A DNA stretch of 56,242 nt, filler included, from Squatina squatina (GCA_031763465.1; 3 parts of 3 records of this genome joined end to end with filler, not necessarily neighbours in it); one strand, 5' to 3'; shown: positions 13,438 through 28,100, counted from the whole stretch's first letter. Numbers and translations are program-made. The notes: generated by a model from the sequence alone, not told the origin.

Positions 13438-14764
13438 NNNNNNNNNNNNNNNNNNNNNNNNNNNNNNNNNNNNNNNNNNNNNNNNNNNNNNNNNNNNNNN
13501 NNNNNNNNNNNNNNNNNNNNNNNNNNNNNNNNNNNNNTTATTGTACAGGAAATATCACTGAAATGTTGGCACAGCAGTGAATGTGAAAGCGAATAGTCAG
13601 CCTGTAACCTCTGCAGCCTCACAATTAGGGATTAAGAATGGGCCCGTCGGTTGCCAAGTCTGCAGATTCCAACATGGTGGTACTGAAATCATGTAAAACT
13701 GCATCACAGATTATAAACTTTGACTGGAAATAATTCAACTTACACAGAATGAGGCCTCGCTTCTTTGATGTCCGACCATGCCAGACCCAGAAACATGAAT
13801 ACTGGAGGTTTACATTCACAGGTTCCTGACTAACAACACGAGAGTTGGGAAAATACGTGCTGTAAATCTAATTCTGTCGTGTTTATACCTTTGCCTGGAG
13901 CCGAGAATTGGTTTAAGCTATGTACAAAAAAAAATTTATATGCACCATGAAGCGGCTGCAATATTGCTTTAAGGAAGCTTCTAATACAGATGGGACTGGA
14001 GCCCTTTACATCCTCGATATTTGATGGATGTGCAGAGCATGTTTCATAATTAAGAAAATGTGGCTCTTAATCCCTGGTATTATACTTGTATCATGTAGCT
14101 GAGTCTGAACAGTTGCAAGCATGAGTTGCAATTATATTTTGTATAATAAAACAGGAGACTGATCTGTCTGACTTATAACACTGTGTCTAAATGTAGTGTT
14201 GTCAGAAAGAAAGCAGAAACATGGGAATGGTCCACATGATTTTCCAGACATTCACTGTCAGAGCACTAGATATCTCTATATTAAAATTTTCCCTCCGACA
14301 TCAGGAAGCTAAAGCAGAATGACTGCATGTTGATTGATAACTGATCTCCACCCAATTAATTTAAAAACGTGCACTACTTGTGGTCTTCTCCTGCAGGATT
14401 ATATTTCTAATTTCACACTCTGGAAAGCAAATCACTTTTTTAAAGTCATTTTTCAACAGCAGCTACACCTGTCCGTTTCATCACAAGGGACAGCAGGGAA
14501 GTCTGACCCCACGACCTGGCCTTGGACACTGATCACTAAACCATGCTGTGGCTGGTAGCTGCAGGGCTGCTCCAACGCACGACTTCCACCAAGATCCCTC
14601 CCAGCCACCACCTCCCGCTTGGAAAAAAAAAATATGAAACAAAAATACTCCCTGGTCTGAGCCATGGCCTGACTGCATCTGCTGTTCATTCAACAAAGGC
14701 TGACATTTTCCAAATTGATGAATTCCACAGCAGGGCCATACCCCAGTGATCATGTTTGTGCGAA

Positions 14765-15219
14765 GGAGGTTAGGGGGGACAGAGTGGGTGGTCACAATCT
14801 CAAGTTATGTAATGGCCAGAATGATGTTAGATGTCAAGAGGTGGTTCGTTTCCCAGAGAAGAATGAACATGTGGAACAGGTTGCAGGCCCGTGCATTGAA
14901 CACCAGTTCACTGAGTTCCTTCAAACTTAAAGTGGACCTGTTTCTGGCGGGGGCAGAGATTACCTCGTACAAGAGGAAGGCACCGTCTGACATTAATCAG
15001 GGCCAGAATGGTCTCCTGGGCTAGTTCTGATCGCCTAAGGGGGTCGGAGGGGCATTTAGTAGATTTTTTTCCCGAATTGGCCTAGGTTTTTGTCTGGTTT
15101 ATCATCTCTCCCGAGAGATTACAGGGGTCCCAGGTGCTGTAGGGTGGGGAGTGCCTGTATTTTGATGAAAAAGGCATCACTACTGTATGGGATAGGCTGA
15201 ATAGACCAGTAGGCCTTTT
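14765..15219 (+). mobile_element. CR1-clade LINE 3' end (different subfamily, longer UTR)
   Basis: WFVSQRRMNMWNRL..SSLSSFKLKVDLFL, typical CR1 ORF2 C-terminus. Confidence 0.7.
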
Positions 15220-18200
15220 NNNNNNNNNNNNNNNNNNNNNNNNNNNNNNNNNNNNNNNNNNNNNNNNNNNNNNNNNNNNNNNNNNNNNNNNNNNNNNNNN
15301 NNNNNNNNNNNNNNNNNNNCCTTCAACTTTCTATATTAAAACCCACAAATTGCACTGTCATTATTTGATGAACAATTAAAAAATGTTAATGACAAAAATG
15401 ATTTTACATTTGTGACAATACTGTTGTTTTATATTATAATTGTTGTTCAAAGCTACAATTTCACAATATTTGAAAATTTTGGAAGTACTTGTGTGGCAGC
15501 ACGTAAACTGCACGTCATTCTCCACAGGGAATTCCTGTTCCTAATCATCCCATCAAGGAAGTGGAAACAAAGGTAAGTAGGAGAAGAAAAAATAAACAAA
15601 TCAGTGGGCAAGTTGCCTCAATTTTCTCTCATGCGCACCATTAGAAGCTAAAGATTTACATTGGCAAAGGTTTTGAATCTGGTTACGTGTTCAACCTTCT
15701 AGTGAGGAAATAGTAAAACAGTGGTAGGAAGTGTGGTATCCCTTCAAAGAGCAAAAGGAAATAATTCAAAACTAGAAAAATGAAATCGTCCATGTTTTCC
15801 AGTGCTAAGCAATTTAAGGCTTTGTAGGCGTGGGATCAAACGTAGGTTAGCAAGGACAAGGGTTGATCGGTGAATGGATCCTCATGAGGGCAAGACAACA
15901 GAATTTTGGAAAAGATTACCAATGGTGGAAATTCGATTCAGAGGCTTGGTAGGGTCGGCTGGGAGGTCTAAATGTGTCCAATCGAAAACTCATGTGGATC
16001 TGAGATCAGAACAAGTTCACCTGTTCAAACAGGGTTTGGCTTTGACAGGCTCCAGAGCTGTGCCAATGACATGCCAATTAGTTGTCTCACCAACCTTGCC
16101 AGCAGCAGAGCCGCCTGACACCAAAAGAATACACTGCTCATAAACTACGAGCATGTCCAGCAGTGACAACAACACAGTGACTCTGGAGGGAAGGTGATCC
16201 AAAGTGGTTAGATCTTCACAGGGTGGGAAATTTGTCTTTTCCGTTTAAAAAAAAAATCAATATTTTTGTCAGTCGACTAAATAAAGAGCAGACTTTCCTT
16301 CCCCTTTAAATGCAAGGAAACAATGGCGCAGAAATCCTTCCGGGCTGCTCCCGCTCCACCAGCCTTACTTCGCGGAGACCCCATGGGGCCAATATGGAGC
16401 TGGTCTACACAAAATCAGCAGCACTTTTAACATATACATCCTGTTGATTACTCATCATTGGCAGATCATTCAGTGAATTCAAACAAACATTGCTCACAAG
16501 AGTACTAATTTACACTGCACTACTTTATGCTGATCTATATAGTGCATTAAAATAGTGCACGCTACAAATATATTCAACCCAAGGTAATAAATCTTTCATT
16601 CTTCTTGAAGTAATACCTATCATTCTAAGGTCATTCTATGTGCAATGATGTATTATTCACATTTTTGCTCCTCAAACCAGTGCGCTACTTACTGTTATGG
16701 CTGTCATCCATAATATCAGTTGCTTTAAATCAATTATGTGGACATTATGCAGCAGGGAGGCATTGTAAATAGCATAAATATTCAAAACAGATATACATTG
16801 AATATTTATGGCACTCAGTGCCACCCTGATGCATATTCTATTTATACCACAAAAGTGCAGAACATGTTAGTATTTTAGATTTTTTTCCCTTCACTGCTGT
16901 TTCTTCAAACCATTGTGTCATAGCAGAAGGGAAGACCAGGATACCTGCAATCAGGCCTCTCCTTGGCTGCTGCTAGGTATGTGATAAAATAGCCTGTGCT
17001 TGGCGTTGGTCAGAGCTTGTCTGTCAGTTGCTGTTGATAGGTGTGTGAGCATGCATCCTGTAACTGGGTGTCTCCAAACTTTGCTATTCGAGGTGTGTAA
17101 ACTATGGTCTCCACCAGGTGTTACTCAGTGCTTTACTGGATTGGCAGCTAGCAGATGGGAGAGTGCGGCCTGTTTGCAGGCCTCTCTTACTGTCTCTTCA
17201 TAGTAGCCTGATAGGTGGTGCCAGGATGTGGTCTGAAGTGAATCATCCTCCATTTTAACTCCCTCTGATCTGTGAGGAAGTGTCTTACTTTAACACACTT
17301 TCCAAGGTCAGGGTGCAACTTGTGGAAAATTGGAGGCTTGTGCTATCACTCCTTGCAACTATTTAAAAATATATTTATTGTAGCTACTGAGATCAGTAAC
17401 AGAAAACAAAGTACATCCAGTAATACAGTCAGATGCATGTAATCCCAGGTTTAAGGTATTCTTAATGTGACATTCAGCAGACATTTTATGAGTTGTCTGG
17501 GGTCCTTCCATGTTATAAAAATTGTAATCAATTCACTCCTAATTTCAAGTCTAATTACATGTGCTTGCCTAGCAATACTGAAGCAATACTTTTGGCCCAT
17601 TTCAAAATGTCATTATAGTTGAAAGAAAAGTATAGATGGTGAGACTTATTGGCAACATGCCATACACATGAAAAGTACAGCCTGCAATCCTGTGACATAA
17701 ATCTTTTTAAGGCTTTGTAAAGGTTGGTATTTGGGGCCAGATTTGGGGTGTGATTCCCTCACATTTGATTCCAATCGTTATTATGGTGAGGAGTTACTGA
17801 GGAAAACTTTCACTTGAGCCAAAGCTGTTGGTGATAGTCGGGCGGTCTTTGAATAGTAAGGTAAATTCAGTGCTTCACATGGGGAGCTGCATTCGAAGAG
17901 AGCAGAGAGATCTATAATACTGTAGGCCCAATTCACCGACCCATGCTCCCTTCAAGTGTAGCTGTCCACTGGGAGCAGTTGGTTTGTACTAGTGTTGCCT
18001 CTGGAGAGCAAGAGGACAAGTTGAAACCCAGCTCCAGCAACATCTGGTGAAGAGTATACACACAGAGCTTTAACCTGTCTTTTTTCTTTACAGATGCTGA
18101 CTCACCTGCTGTGTATTTACACGTATTTCCAATTTTATGCTAGCCATATCCCACAGGCAAGCGGGCCACAAAATGGGGCCCAGATAAATTTATGGCATCA

Positions 18201-18574
18201 TATCTGTTGAGCACCATAGGTAAGCTGGAGAAATGTACACATGACCTCTGGACTGTATTATGGGTGCTAGTGCACTAAACTGTTATCTCAGAAATTCCAG
18301 TGGTTCAAACCTATCCAGGATACTCATGGAAATTGTTCGGTATGAGCAATCTGATACAAATTTTTAAAGTACAGAAACTTCTACATGAAGACTGCACTTC
18401 AAAAACTTTTATAGGCTGGAGTGCACTCACATTCCAACTACTGACATTTATTTGTTCACAAACAGGAATTTCTAGCAAACAAACCAGACATTTATCTATT
18501 CCGTTTCTCTTTGAAGTTGTTCATAACTGCTGCTAAAGTTGAAGGATTTATTTTGCTCATATATTTTGAAAGAA

Positions 18575-18925
18575 AGAAGGAGCTTTTCATTTATATATTT
18601 AATTGATATAAACTTGTCTTCACTGTACTACTTTTCAAGAGCAGTTGCTGCTGTATAGACAAGCGCGACAGCCAATTTGTGCACAGTAAGATCCCACAAA
18701 CAGCTGATGTGTTCATAGTGGCTGAGGGACGATATTTGGCCAGGACACCAGGACAACTCCTTACTCTCCTTCAAATAGTATCTTCGGATCTATAACATTT
18801 ATTGGCAGGCAGAAGCCTTGCTTTTAAGGATGGCACCTCTATAGCGGTCTGTTAGTCAGCTTTGCTCATGAGCTCAAAACCCACTACCTTCCAGCTTATA
18901 AGTGAGATTGCAACCAACAAAACCA
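18575..18925 (-). mobile_element. SacSINE1/Deu-domain-like SINE, diverged
   Basis: GCCAATTTGTGCACAGTAAGATCCCACAAACAGC..GGCCAGGACACC..CTTCAAATAGT. Confidence 0.7.
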
Positions 18926-19958
18926 AGCAGATGTGCTTTGAAGAAAAGGTACGGATCCCCCCTTTAGACTTCTCTTCACCTTTCTGTTTCTAGACCTCGT
19001 GTTCTTCGACTGAATAGCGACTATCTTCAGAATGAATTACATCAAGAACTCTGCACACAGACTGCTGTAACTGTGCCCAAAGCATGGAAAATAATTAATA
19101 GCCGTGAACTTCAGCTTGAAGTGAAGATGAATATAAAATCGGAAAAATATTTTTTTTTGTTTAAACTCATTATTCAAATTCTTGCTCACTCAATAAGGTG
19201 GAGCTGTCTTGGAAGCTCAGCCAGTAATTTAGGGAATCTAAGATTGGACTTTAAAAGTCTGTAAATTGTCAGAGGAAGGGAAGATTAAACTCAACAGTCT
19301 TGAAGTACTCAGAAAGAATGAGTTGGAGCAGGGACCAGGAAGATGAGTCTTGATTTCAATATCATGAAACGTTAGGGAGGAGAAAAGCATGTAGGATGGA
19401 GTCTTTTGGAGATTACTCGCTGCAGAGGATCAGTGGCCAGAGAGCTATCAATAAAATAAAGACAAGAAAGATTGTGATGAAGGTGCGGCCTGGAAGAAGT
19501 ATTGCCTATCCAGTGACAAGAGTCTTATTGCATCCNNNNNNNNNNNNNNNNNNNNNNNNNNNNNNNNNNNNNNNNNNNNNNNNNNNNNNNNNNNNNNNNN
19601 NNNNNNNNNNNNNNNNNNNNNNNNNNNNNNNNNNNAAAAGCTTCTAAGTGTACACAACCACACCATCAGCTCCTGTCCTGTTGAAAGCTAGCTAGCTAGC
19701 TACATTCCTACAGACGCCAATTTACAACAAATTGTCAACAACTTCCTATTCATTGCAGGCTGTGTTTTTATTACACTGTGGATTGGCTCCTATGGCAATA
19801 AGTAAGGCAGCTCATTTGTTTGTCTTGAACTCACGGAATAAAGCTGTGTTAAAGCATTTTCTGATTCGCAGCCAAAAGCAGTTAAACGATGACACTTGCA
19901 CCCGACTCCACGGACTCTGATGCCTCACAGTATCTGTTATGCCGCACACTGTTTAAAG

Positions 19959-19982
19959 CTCTCTCTCTCTCTCTCTCTCTCT
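19959..19982. repeat. (CT)n microsatellite
   Basis: About 12 CT units. Confidence 0.9.
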
Positions 19983-20379
19983 GAGGGAACCATATTTTCA
20001 ACATGTTTCTGGAACATTTAAAAAAAACATATTTCTCTGAGAGAGCTTGAAGGAAAGTGCGTCGAATAGTTCAGAAAAGGTACTGTACACAAATACTGGT
20101 CAAAGGGCATGAGACCTCCTCCACTAGAGGGCATGGCTGGAGATGTTAAGTCCTGTGATTTGAAGGAAGGGCCATAGCAGTTATGATCCAATATTGTTCT
20201 TTTTCTTGAAAAGTAATAACCGCAAGAAGGAATAGCTGTACTGTTAAAGGCGCATACAAGCAGATTTGTTATCGTTTAANNNNNNNNNNNNNNNNNNNNN
20301 NNNNNNNNNNNNNNNNNNNNNNNNNNNNNNNNNNNNNNNNNNNNNNNNNNNNNNNNNNNNNNNNNNNNNNNNNNNNNNN

Positions 20380-20519
20380 GGAAAGTGGATAAGTATTTGA
20401 AAAATAAGTGTTAAAAAGGGTATGGTGAAAGGGCAGGGATAGCTTTTTCCAGAGTCAGCGCAGGTATTATGGGCCAAACAGCCTCCTTCTGTGCTGTAAA
20501 AATCTCCGGCTCTATGATT
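20380..20519 (+). mobile_element. CR1-clade LINE 3' tail, diverged
   Basis: GCCTCCTTCTGTGCTGT..CTATGATT, same family as 36140-36540. Confidence 0.6.
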
Positions 20520-21900
20520 TGATAAGAGTAGAAAACTGAAACAGAAAACAACACCATCTCTCCTTAAATTAGTGAACAGAAATTAGCAAGTTCCTGAATG
20601 CCACCTGCAGGATGTGAATCTTTTGCTGGTAGCACCAATTGCTACCAGCGCTGAGCTTCAAGTGACACGTTGTAAATTATTTGAATCCCGATCATTCAGC
20701 TTCCAAGCAAAGTCTAAAAACACCAATAAAACTTTATTGCATCTGTCAGTTTAGGTCTGAACTCGACTGAGATCTCAGTCTAATGGAGAAAATCTTAAAT
20801 GACACTAGCACAAAATCAACAATTAAAGTCTTGCTTTAAAATGTTCTCCGATGTCAACAAGTCAGACTTCATTAAATGTCTGGAGTTGTCTAGTTTCAGA
20901 ATGGGTGATTAGACAATGTAATTCATAGATCACTACATGTGGAAATTACCTGCATATGACCTCAGCCTGTGCAGTCTTTTTCCTGCCCTGAACCCATGCC
21001 ACTCAGAGAGCCAAGAGACATCCTGGCGCCAGCAACCCACAATGACTAGTGTTGCCAAAGTGCTAAACAGCCCTTCCCTGTTCATATCATCCCTCAATAG
21101 CAATTGCTTGCAAGATAAGAAAAGATAATTATCGGAGAGTTGATAAAGTAAAAGTTTGCTCAAATTTTATGATGTTGCCAGACAGCTGTTGGCTTCTGCT
21201 GACAAATAGTGTTGAAATTAGTGGGCAATTAACACCACTAAACAAGCAAAGGTGAGGCGCTTAACATTGCAACACCTGTAAAGTAAGCCATACCTGGACA
21301 AGAGGTGGTGTTCAGTTTAATTTATTTTTGATTTATTATTTTTGAGGATGGAGCCAGCACTAGCCATGCAAGGTGTAAATCCTTTATGAATAGTCGATAC
21401 CTTTGTACTGTTATTTGTACTGTGATAATCTGATGCGTGATACTTGGCGTGACACAATTATATCATATGTAAATGCAAGGTCGTTATTTCATAAAACTAA
21501 ATAAGTTCCAAAAATAGATTTGAGCAAAAACTGTTGAAGTCTATTTATAGTACGTCCCTTTTTAGCACAATCAAAGCTCTTATTGCCGCGCTACTGATAG
21601 CATTATATAATGGATAGTATTGGTTGGTCTCTAAGACATGATACAGCATTTAAAATAATTTACATTTCTTGGCCTCCAATATATTACTGACCATTGACAA
21701 AGCGCATGAGCTTCTGAGATCTTGATCTTCAAAAGGCACATGTGCATATACATGTTTATGATCCTATACACACAATGGAAATTCTCCAGAGTCATCCATA
21801 NNNNNNNNNNNNNNNNNNNNNNNNNNNNNNNNNNNNNNNNNNNNNNNNNNNNNNNNNNNNNNNNNNNNNNNNNNNNNNNNNNNNNNNNNNNNNNNNNNNN

Positions 21901-22810
21901 ATGGTGGACTCCCAGCCAGACCTTACAGATCCAGACCTCATGATGCGTGTCATGGGCGCTGTGACAGTTTCTCTTGTGGCACAGGCGGAAGCAACGCAAC
22001 ATCTTACTGTTGCAAAGGAGTCAATAGTTGCTCACATGGATGCTCAGACTGCTCTAATGCAGTCTCAACATAATACCACGCAAGCCCTGACTGCTGCCAT
22101 CGCCACTGGGTCCACCACAGTCCACCAGGATCACATGGTGTCACAGCGGCCCAGCAATCTGTGCTCCATTAGGTTGGTGGGGATGCAGAGGTGCCGGGGG
22201 AGTGGCTCTGTGCTGGTGGAGCAGGAACCTGCTGTCCTCTCTCAGGATGACAGCACTCCTGATCCTGCCACTGCCACTCCATCATTTCTCTTGTCCATGC
22301 CTGTCACCCAGCCAGCCCAGACTGCCACCACCCAGACTCAGGTGGTGCAGTCTGCAGACGGAACTTCCAGGCTCAGAGCTGGTTGAGGGTATCCTCGAAG
22401 ACCATCTGCAGTCTCTGGCCCTGACACACAGAAGCCTTCCACCAACCATTCTACAGCCACAGGGGACACACTGAGAAGTAGTAGGATAGGCATACAAATA
22501 AGGGGTTATAACAAAATGCACAACGGAGATGAGTAAATGCAGAGTTTTCTACTTTTGATTAATTTTTGGTAAACTTCAATTGTTTAATGTTTGTTGTTGT
22601 GTCTCATTTCAGTGCTGGGGAATTAGAATGGAAGGGCAAATGGATGTGGTGATGGGGACGTGCACAGTGACCAGCAAGTGGGATGGAAATCAGTGGAAAC
22701 GAGCTCTGATGAGATTGTCACGGGCATCCCTTGCAGGATCCCGATGGATTCGCTGCCTCCTCTGTCGCGGCTGTTGCTGCTCCTCCTCATGCTCTTGCTG
22801 CCGCTGCTCC
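21901..22810. mobile_element. Probable Harbinger transposon remnant with two convergent ORF ends
   Basis: Plus-strand Ala/Thr/Gln-rich ORF ends at 22386; minus strand 22808-22690 reads EQRQQEHEEEQQQPRQRRQRIHRDPARDARDNLIRARFH*, resembling the Harbinger transposase C-terminus. Confidence 0.5.
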
Positions 22811-24328
22811 TAAAACTTCTAGTAGATACATAGGAGCCCAACTGATTTAATTACCGTATATGCAAACTGAAGACATGGGCTCTATTTTTTAACAAACCAG
22901 ACGTTATCATCACTTTGGAATGGTCAGTGGCAGCTTCAGATAGTGAGGTCAGCCTGGGGCACTGTGATGTGGAGCCGATCGTCAGGTCTGGCATGTACAG
23001 TCGTGCCCCTGTTGGCATCCATTCCTGGTACCACCCGGCACCTGTGTAAGCCTATTAATAATTAATGAGAGGGAATTGCCTCAAAAGGTGCTACCAAAAC
23101 AGTGATTATCGCACTGCTCCACAGGACTACAACTACTGTTGTCTAATGCAATTTCACCAATCAGAATTAGCAGGGAAATGCTAGGAAGCCTTACGACTTA
23201 TAAAATGACAGGCTGCAATAAATCAAGTGCCAATTACACCGGTTATTAGGACAGCTTTACAACATGCTGCACATAGGCTGGATGTAAGTCATTAGGTAAG
23301 TCACCATTACGGAACAACATGTGTATTAAGTCAGGTTAACTAACAATGGTAACCGTAAATAAAACGTGTTGGTAAGATAAAAAGGCTCATGCTATTTTCT
23401 CCTTCTCCCCCTCCCAGTCTTTTATTGCTTCTTAAAATACAACAACCAGGAAATACATCTTTTCCCTCCGCCTCCACTTTTCCCCTTCCTAATCCCAGTG
23501 ATCACGCTGTGTCTAGTTTTACAGGTGCCTGTACTTCCACATTCAAATTGATATTATTCAGGTGTGGGGCCTAGACTCTATGTTGACAGACTTTCTGACC
23601 ACATACATCATCACAGCTTAGCCTGACCCTGACCTCACCCAATATTCACACACGTGCACTTTTTAGCAGAGCTCATTGGACATTATTTAGGAGTTGATTT
23701 AATGGTTGAGGAGATGCTAAGGCAATTGTCACCTTGGCTGAGATCAGCTATCTTTAGGCACACCACAAAATAAACTTGGGATCTTCCTGGTCATGCATAG
23801 CCCAATAACATAATAGGCAGTACGTTTGCCCGTTGAACCATTAGGATGTTCACACTCTGCTGATTCACTCAATATTTGCAGTCAAACTTTGGTTCTGCAG
23901 AGATCTGAATAATATTCTCATTATCTTAACATTAGAATAAGCATTCTGAGAAATTTCAACTTTTGACGTGAAAAGACCCAAACTTTTAAACTTATATTCT
24001 GAATTCAAACTTCAAATGTAACTGTTGTATGAGCAGAAAAAAGCCTAGACTACATTAGATGACTAGGGATTAGATGCCTCATTCCTGCTCTCCCAACCTG
24101 CACAGAGACTAGAACACCGGGGACTCAGGCAGGGGCTCTAGCTAGACCGTGAGAGCCACAGCAAATACTTGGCTCACCAGACCATTAAACTATCTCGGAC
24201 AAAACAGGCAACAAAAACGTGTGTTCATCTTTAAAATCACCCCGCTGTCTTTCAAATATTAAAATGAAGCCCTGTCTGCCCACTCAGGTGGATGTAAAAG
24301 ATCCCATTTCAAAGAAGAGCAAGGAAGT

Positions 24329-24428
24329 NNNNNNNNNNNNNNNNNNNNNNNNNNNNNNNNNNNNNNNNNNNNTTAATTAATTAANNNNNNNNNNNNNNNN
24401 NNNNNNNNNNNNNNNNNNNNNNNNNNNN
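24329..24428. other. Artificial scaffold linker N44-TTAATTAATTAA-N44
   Basis: Exactly 100 nt, symmetric, with a stop-in-six-frames 12-mer at 24373-24384. Confidence 0.95.
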
Positions 24429-25069
24429 CCCAGGCACGTAAGCACTAACTGTAGTGGTTACATCGCAAAGTCCTCTGTATTGCCTGTGAACCAATGTGGT
24501 CTACTATGTTTGCAAGTGATTGTGTGTTTACTTTGACAAAACCCACAGGATATTCATCCTTGTACCTGACTAAACAGGCACATCCCCCATTCCAGCCACA
24601 AATCGCAACCCTAGCTCCCATCTTATACTGACATTCCCCTGATATATGGGTCCTGGCAGGAGCTGGAGTGCACAGCCATATATTTTTTATGGTGGTTCGA
24701 GTTGTGCTGTTAACTGCAGATTTTCCATTACATTAGCCTCATAAGTCATTAACCCTTATCCTTGTAAACCAATCCATGCTAACACAATCCAAGTGTAGCA
24801 GGCAATTAAAGTCGAGTGAGAGAAAAATGTCTCCTTGGCCAATTGAAGGATTCATGGCTCATCCCGCGAGACCTCATTTCTATACCCGTAGGTCCCTCTT
24901 AACCCTTGGCAGCCCCTCGGCACTCACATTCCATTAGCAATGCTATCACGGTCATCCCTATGGACTGAGCCTCAAAGGGACGCCAACTGCATCAGCCTGA
25001 CAGGAGCACTAATGCTACATGTTTGGAGCCCTCAGCCGATGGCAGACTAACACTTCACACTCATTCCAA

Positions 25070-25360
25070 CACGAGGGGCCATTGAGACAAGATTAAATGT
25101 AAAAGCAGGGCAGGAGAAACCTTCTTTAGACAAGGAGCTGTGAGGCTTTGGAATTCACTCCCACGATTAACAGCTGAGGCAGAAATCATATCAACATTCA
25201 AGATTAGATTGGATAGCGGGAGGAAGGAAAAGGAAATGGAGGGAGATGGGCACAGGACGGGTTAATGTGATTAGGTCTATTTGCCCGCATGGAGGTTGAA
25301 TGCTGACACGGACTGGTTGGGCCACATGGCCTGTTTCCATATTGTAATCTCTTTGTATTT
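25070..25360 (+). mobile_element. CR1-clade LINE 3' end, diverged
   Basis: TRGH..RRNLL..VRLWNSLP..TFKIRLD pattern, tail GGCCACATGGCCTGTTTCC. Confidence 0.7.
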
Positions 25361-27794
25361 CTCTCTCTTTCGCTGGAGAAGTGCTTGACTTTAACTAGAC
25401 AACAATCCTCGTTGCCATGATATAAAATCAGAATAATAATGCATAAGGCATCACGACTGTGTGGGACAGGCTGGATGGAGTGGTCTTTTCCTATCCAGTG
25501 TTTTCAAAGTGAAAAAGGCTGTTGATGTGCAGCAAACAACTCTTCTGGATTCTTGTTTTATCACTCCATTGTGCAGAACGTTGCGGCATTCTTCAGCAGG
25601 ATATTGCTTTTGGATCTTGGCCCTGAAGAAAAGGTTAGTGATTAACAGCACCCTAACCCCTTATTAATGTTACTGGTTAGTGACTGCATTAATATTCGGC
25701 CTGTGCAATCAAATGCATAAAGAAATCTCTTCAATTAATTTTTTATAACAATTTATTGTGTCCCGAAAGCTCCTGCAGATTGCAAAGAAAGCTGGCAAAT
25801 TCTGTTTGCAGGATTGTAAATGATGTAGAAGAGCATCAATTGGACTCTTGACATTTACTGGCTAATTGGTAGAAAGGAATCTGGAATAGTTTATGACTAT
25901 ATATGACCGCATAAGGTTAGCATCTCGATTTCGAGTAAGATTTTATTGCTATTTGTTAGCATGTAATGCTACACTGTGTTATTGACACAATGGTTGTGTG
26001 AGGAGGCTGGGGACTGAGGCCAGTGTGGGTTTTATTAACTGTAACGTAACTAAAATAGAAGAAAGACTTGTACATCATCTCCCAGAAAACAGCTCAAAGT
26101 GTTTCACATAAAATGAAGTAATTGAAGTGAAGTACTATTATTGCCAATATTGTCGTGNNNNNNNNNNNNNNNNNNNNNNNNNNNNNNNNNNNNNNNNNNN
26201 NNNNNNNNNNNNNNNNNNNNNNNNNNNNNNNNNNNNNNNNNNNNNNNNNNNNNNNNNGGGTGCCAGGCCCATTTCTCCATTTTGCCATTTTTGGATGCTC
26301 TGTTATTCGGCTGCACCCAGGCGTAAATGCACACCAATTGGGGCCCCTTAACCTTTTTGGGCCTCTTCTGGCCCCTGACTCCTCTTCACTGCTGGGTTGG
26401 CCTGGTGGGAAAAGCACATCAGCTTCCCTGCGTGGGCCGCTAGTTAAATAGCAGTCGGGCCCGAATTACACCATCAGAGCCCTACCTGCACACGGAATTT
26501 CACATAATGGGAATGAATGAGAAGCTGTTTACTCCACTGAGGTTTTATACAATAAGAGCTAATGGGAATGAGTTTTGCCCTTGGAATTCCATACGTGGAC
26601 GGCGTATGTATTTATCAGGAGTCGATAGCATAGGCATCGGAATTCTGCATCTGTACTTTGAATCAAATAGGTTTCCATGGAATAGTCCATTCTTGTAAAC
26701 AGTTAGACCTACCACTGGGAAATGCCGCTCCTACTTGCAACACCATTACATTTTTATTATTACTGCTGTTTTATTTCCCCAAAAGCAATGTCAGGACTTT
26801 ATTGCAACCTGTCTGTCCACATGAAGGAAATGCAATGGCACAGATTGTTAAACTCTGTGTGTGCAGTGATCTGCAAATATATGCTCACCTCTGTGAATAC
26901 TGCCTGTGTTTATGAACTCATTATGAGACCAAGCTGCCGAGAGGAAAATCAAGTAAAGNNNNNNNNNNNNNNNNNNNNNNNNNNNNNNNNNNNNNNNNNN
27001 NNNNNNNNNNNNNNNNNNNNNNNNNNNNNNNNNNNNNNNNNNNNNNNNNNNNNNNNNNGTTTTGTCAAAGAGGTAGGTTTTAAGCAGAGTCGTAAAGGAA
27101 GAAAGAGGTTTGGGGAGGGAATCTCAGATCTTGGGGGGGGGTCTGAAGGCGAAGGAAGTGGCCGATGCGCAAGAGGCCAGGAGCAGCTTTTTTCTTCAGC
27201 TGTGAGAATGCCTCAGCTGATTCGAAGCTGACGGAATTTTCCAATGTTTCCCCTGCTCACTTGACAGTCATTTTATTGTCAACAACTTGGAAAGAAATCA
27301 TTGTGAGGTATTTGAAACCTTGGTGCATGAACTTTGGTCAGTTACTACTGCCTCTTGAGGGTTCGTGTTAAAGTCACAGTTTTCTTGACGACGTAGAAGC
27401 AGTTTGTGGTGGAAAGACAAAACTTTTGCCAAAGAGGTCTGGAAGGTGCTTGGCAGAAAATGTAAGCATCATAAATGTTTTAATGTTGCAAGCCACTTAT
27501 AACCTTATCTGTGTATGAAAGAGCAAGCTTAATATAAATTTTATATTTAATATGAAATTTTTATTACTTGATGGTATGACTTTTGCTGACTGCTAGAGAT
27601 GAGCAATTTTCTTCTTATTACATCAATGATTTAAGAAAAAAATGTCTATGAAACAAATCTGGTTTGGTTAACTCTACTCCACTAAGTTTGGGAGGGCAGG
27701 AAGTGTTCAACATAGCGTTTGTTAACCCTTATATTGTTCCTCTCAAGTTTCTCCCCTTTGCTTCCCTCCTTTTCTGATGGGACTAAATAATAGG

Positions 27795-28100
27795 AAAATA
27801 GGAAGAGGAGGAGGCCATTCATTCCCTCGAGCCCGTTCCACCATTCAGGGAGATCACGGCTGATCTGTAACTCAACTCCATTCACCTGCCTTGGCTCCCA
27901 TATCCTTTCACGCCCTTGTCCATCAAAAATCTATCCATCTCAGATTTAAAGTTATCAATTGAGCTGTAATCTACCGCTTTGTGTGGGAGAGAGTTCCACA
28001 TGTCTACCATCCTTTGAGTGAAGAAGTGTTTCCTAACTTCTCTCCTGAATGCCCTGGCTCTGATTTCAATGTTATGTCCCCTTGTCCTAGATACCCCCAC
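27795..28100 (-). mobile_element. CR1-clade LINE 3' end
   Basis: SRTRGHNIEIRARAFRREVRKHFFTQRMVDMWNSLP..NFKSEMDRFL plus tail. Confidence 0.9.

Noticed and set aside
24373-24384. TTAATTAATTAA as a biological palindrome or piggyBac site
   Set aside because: Centred exactly in N runs twice; synthetic linker.
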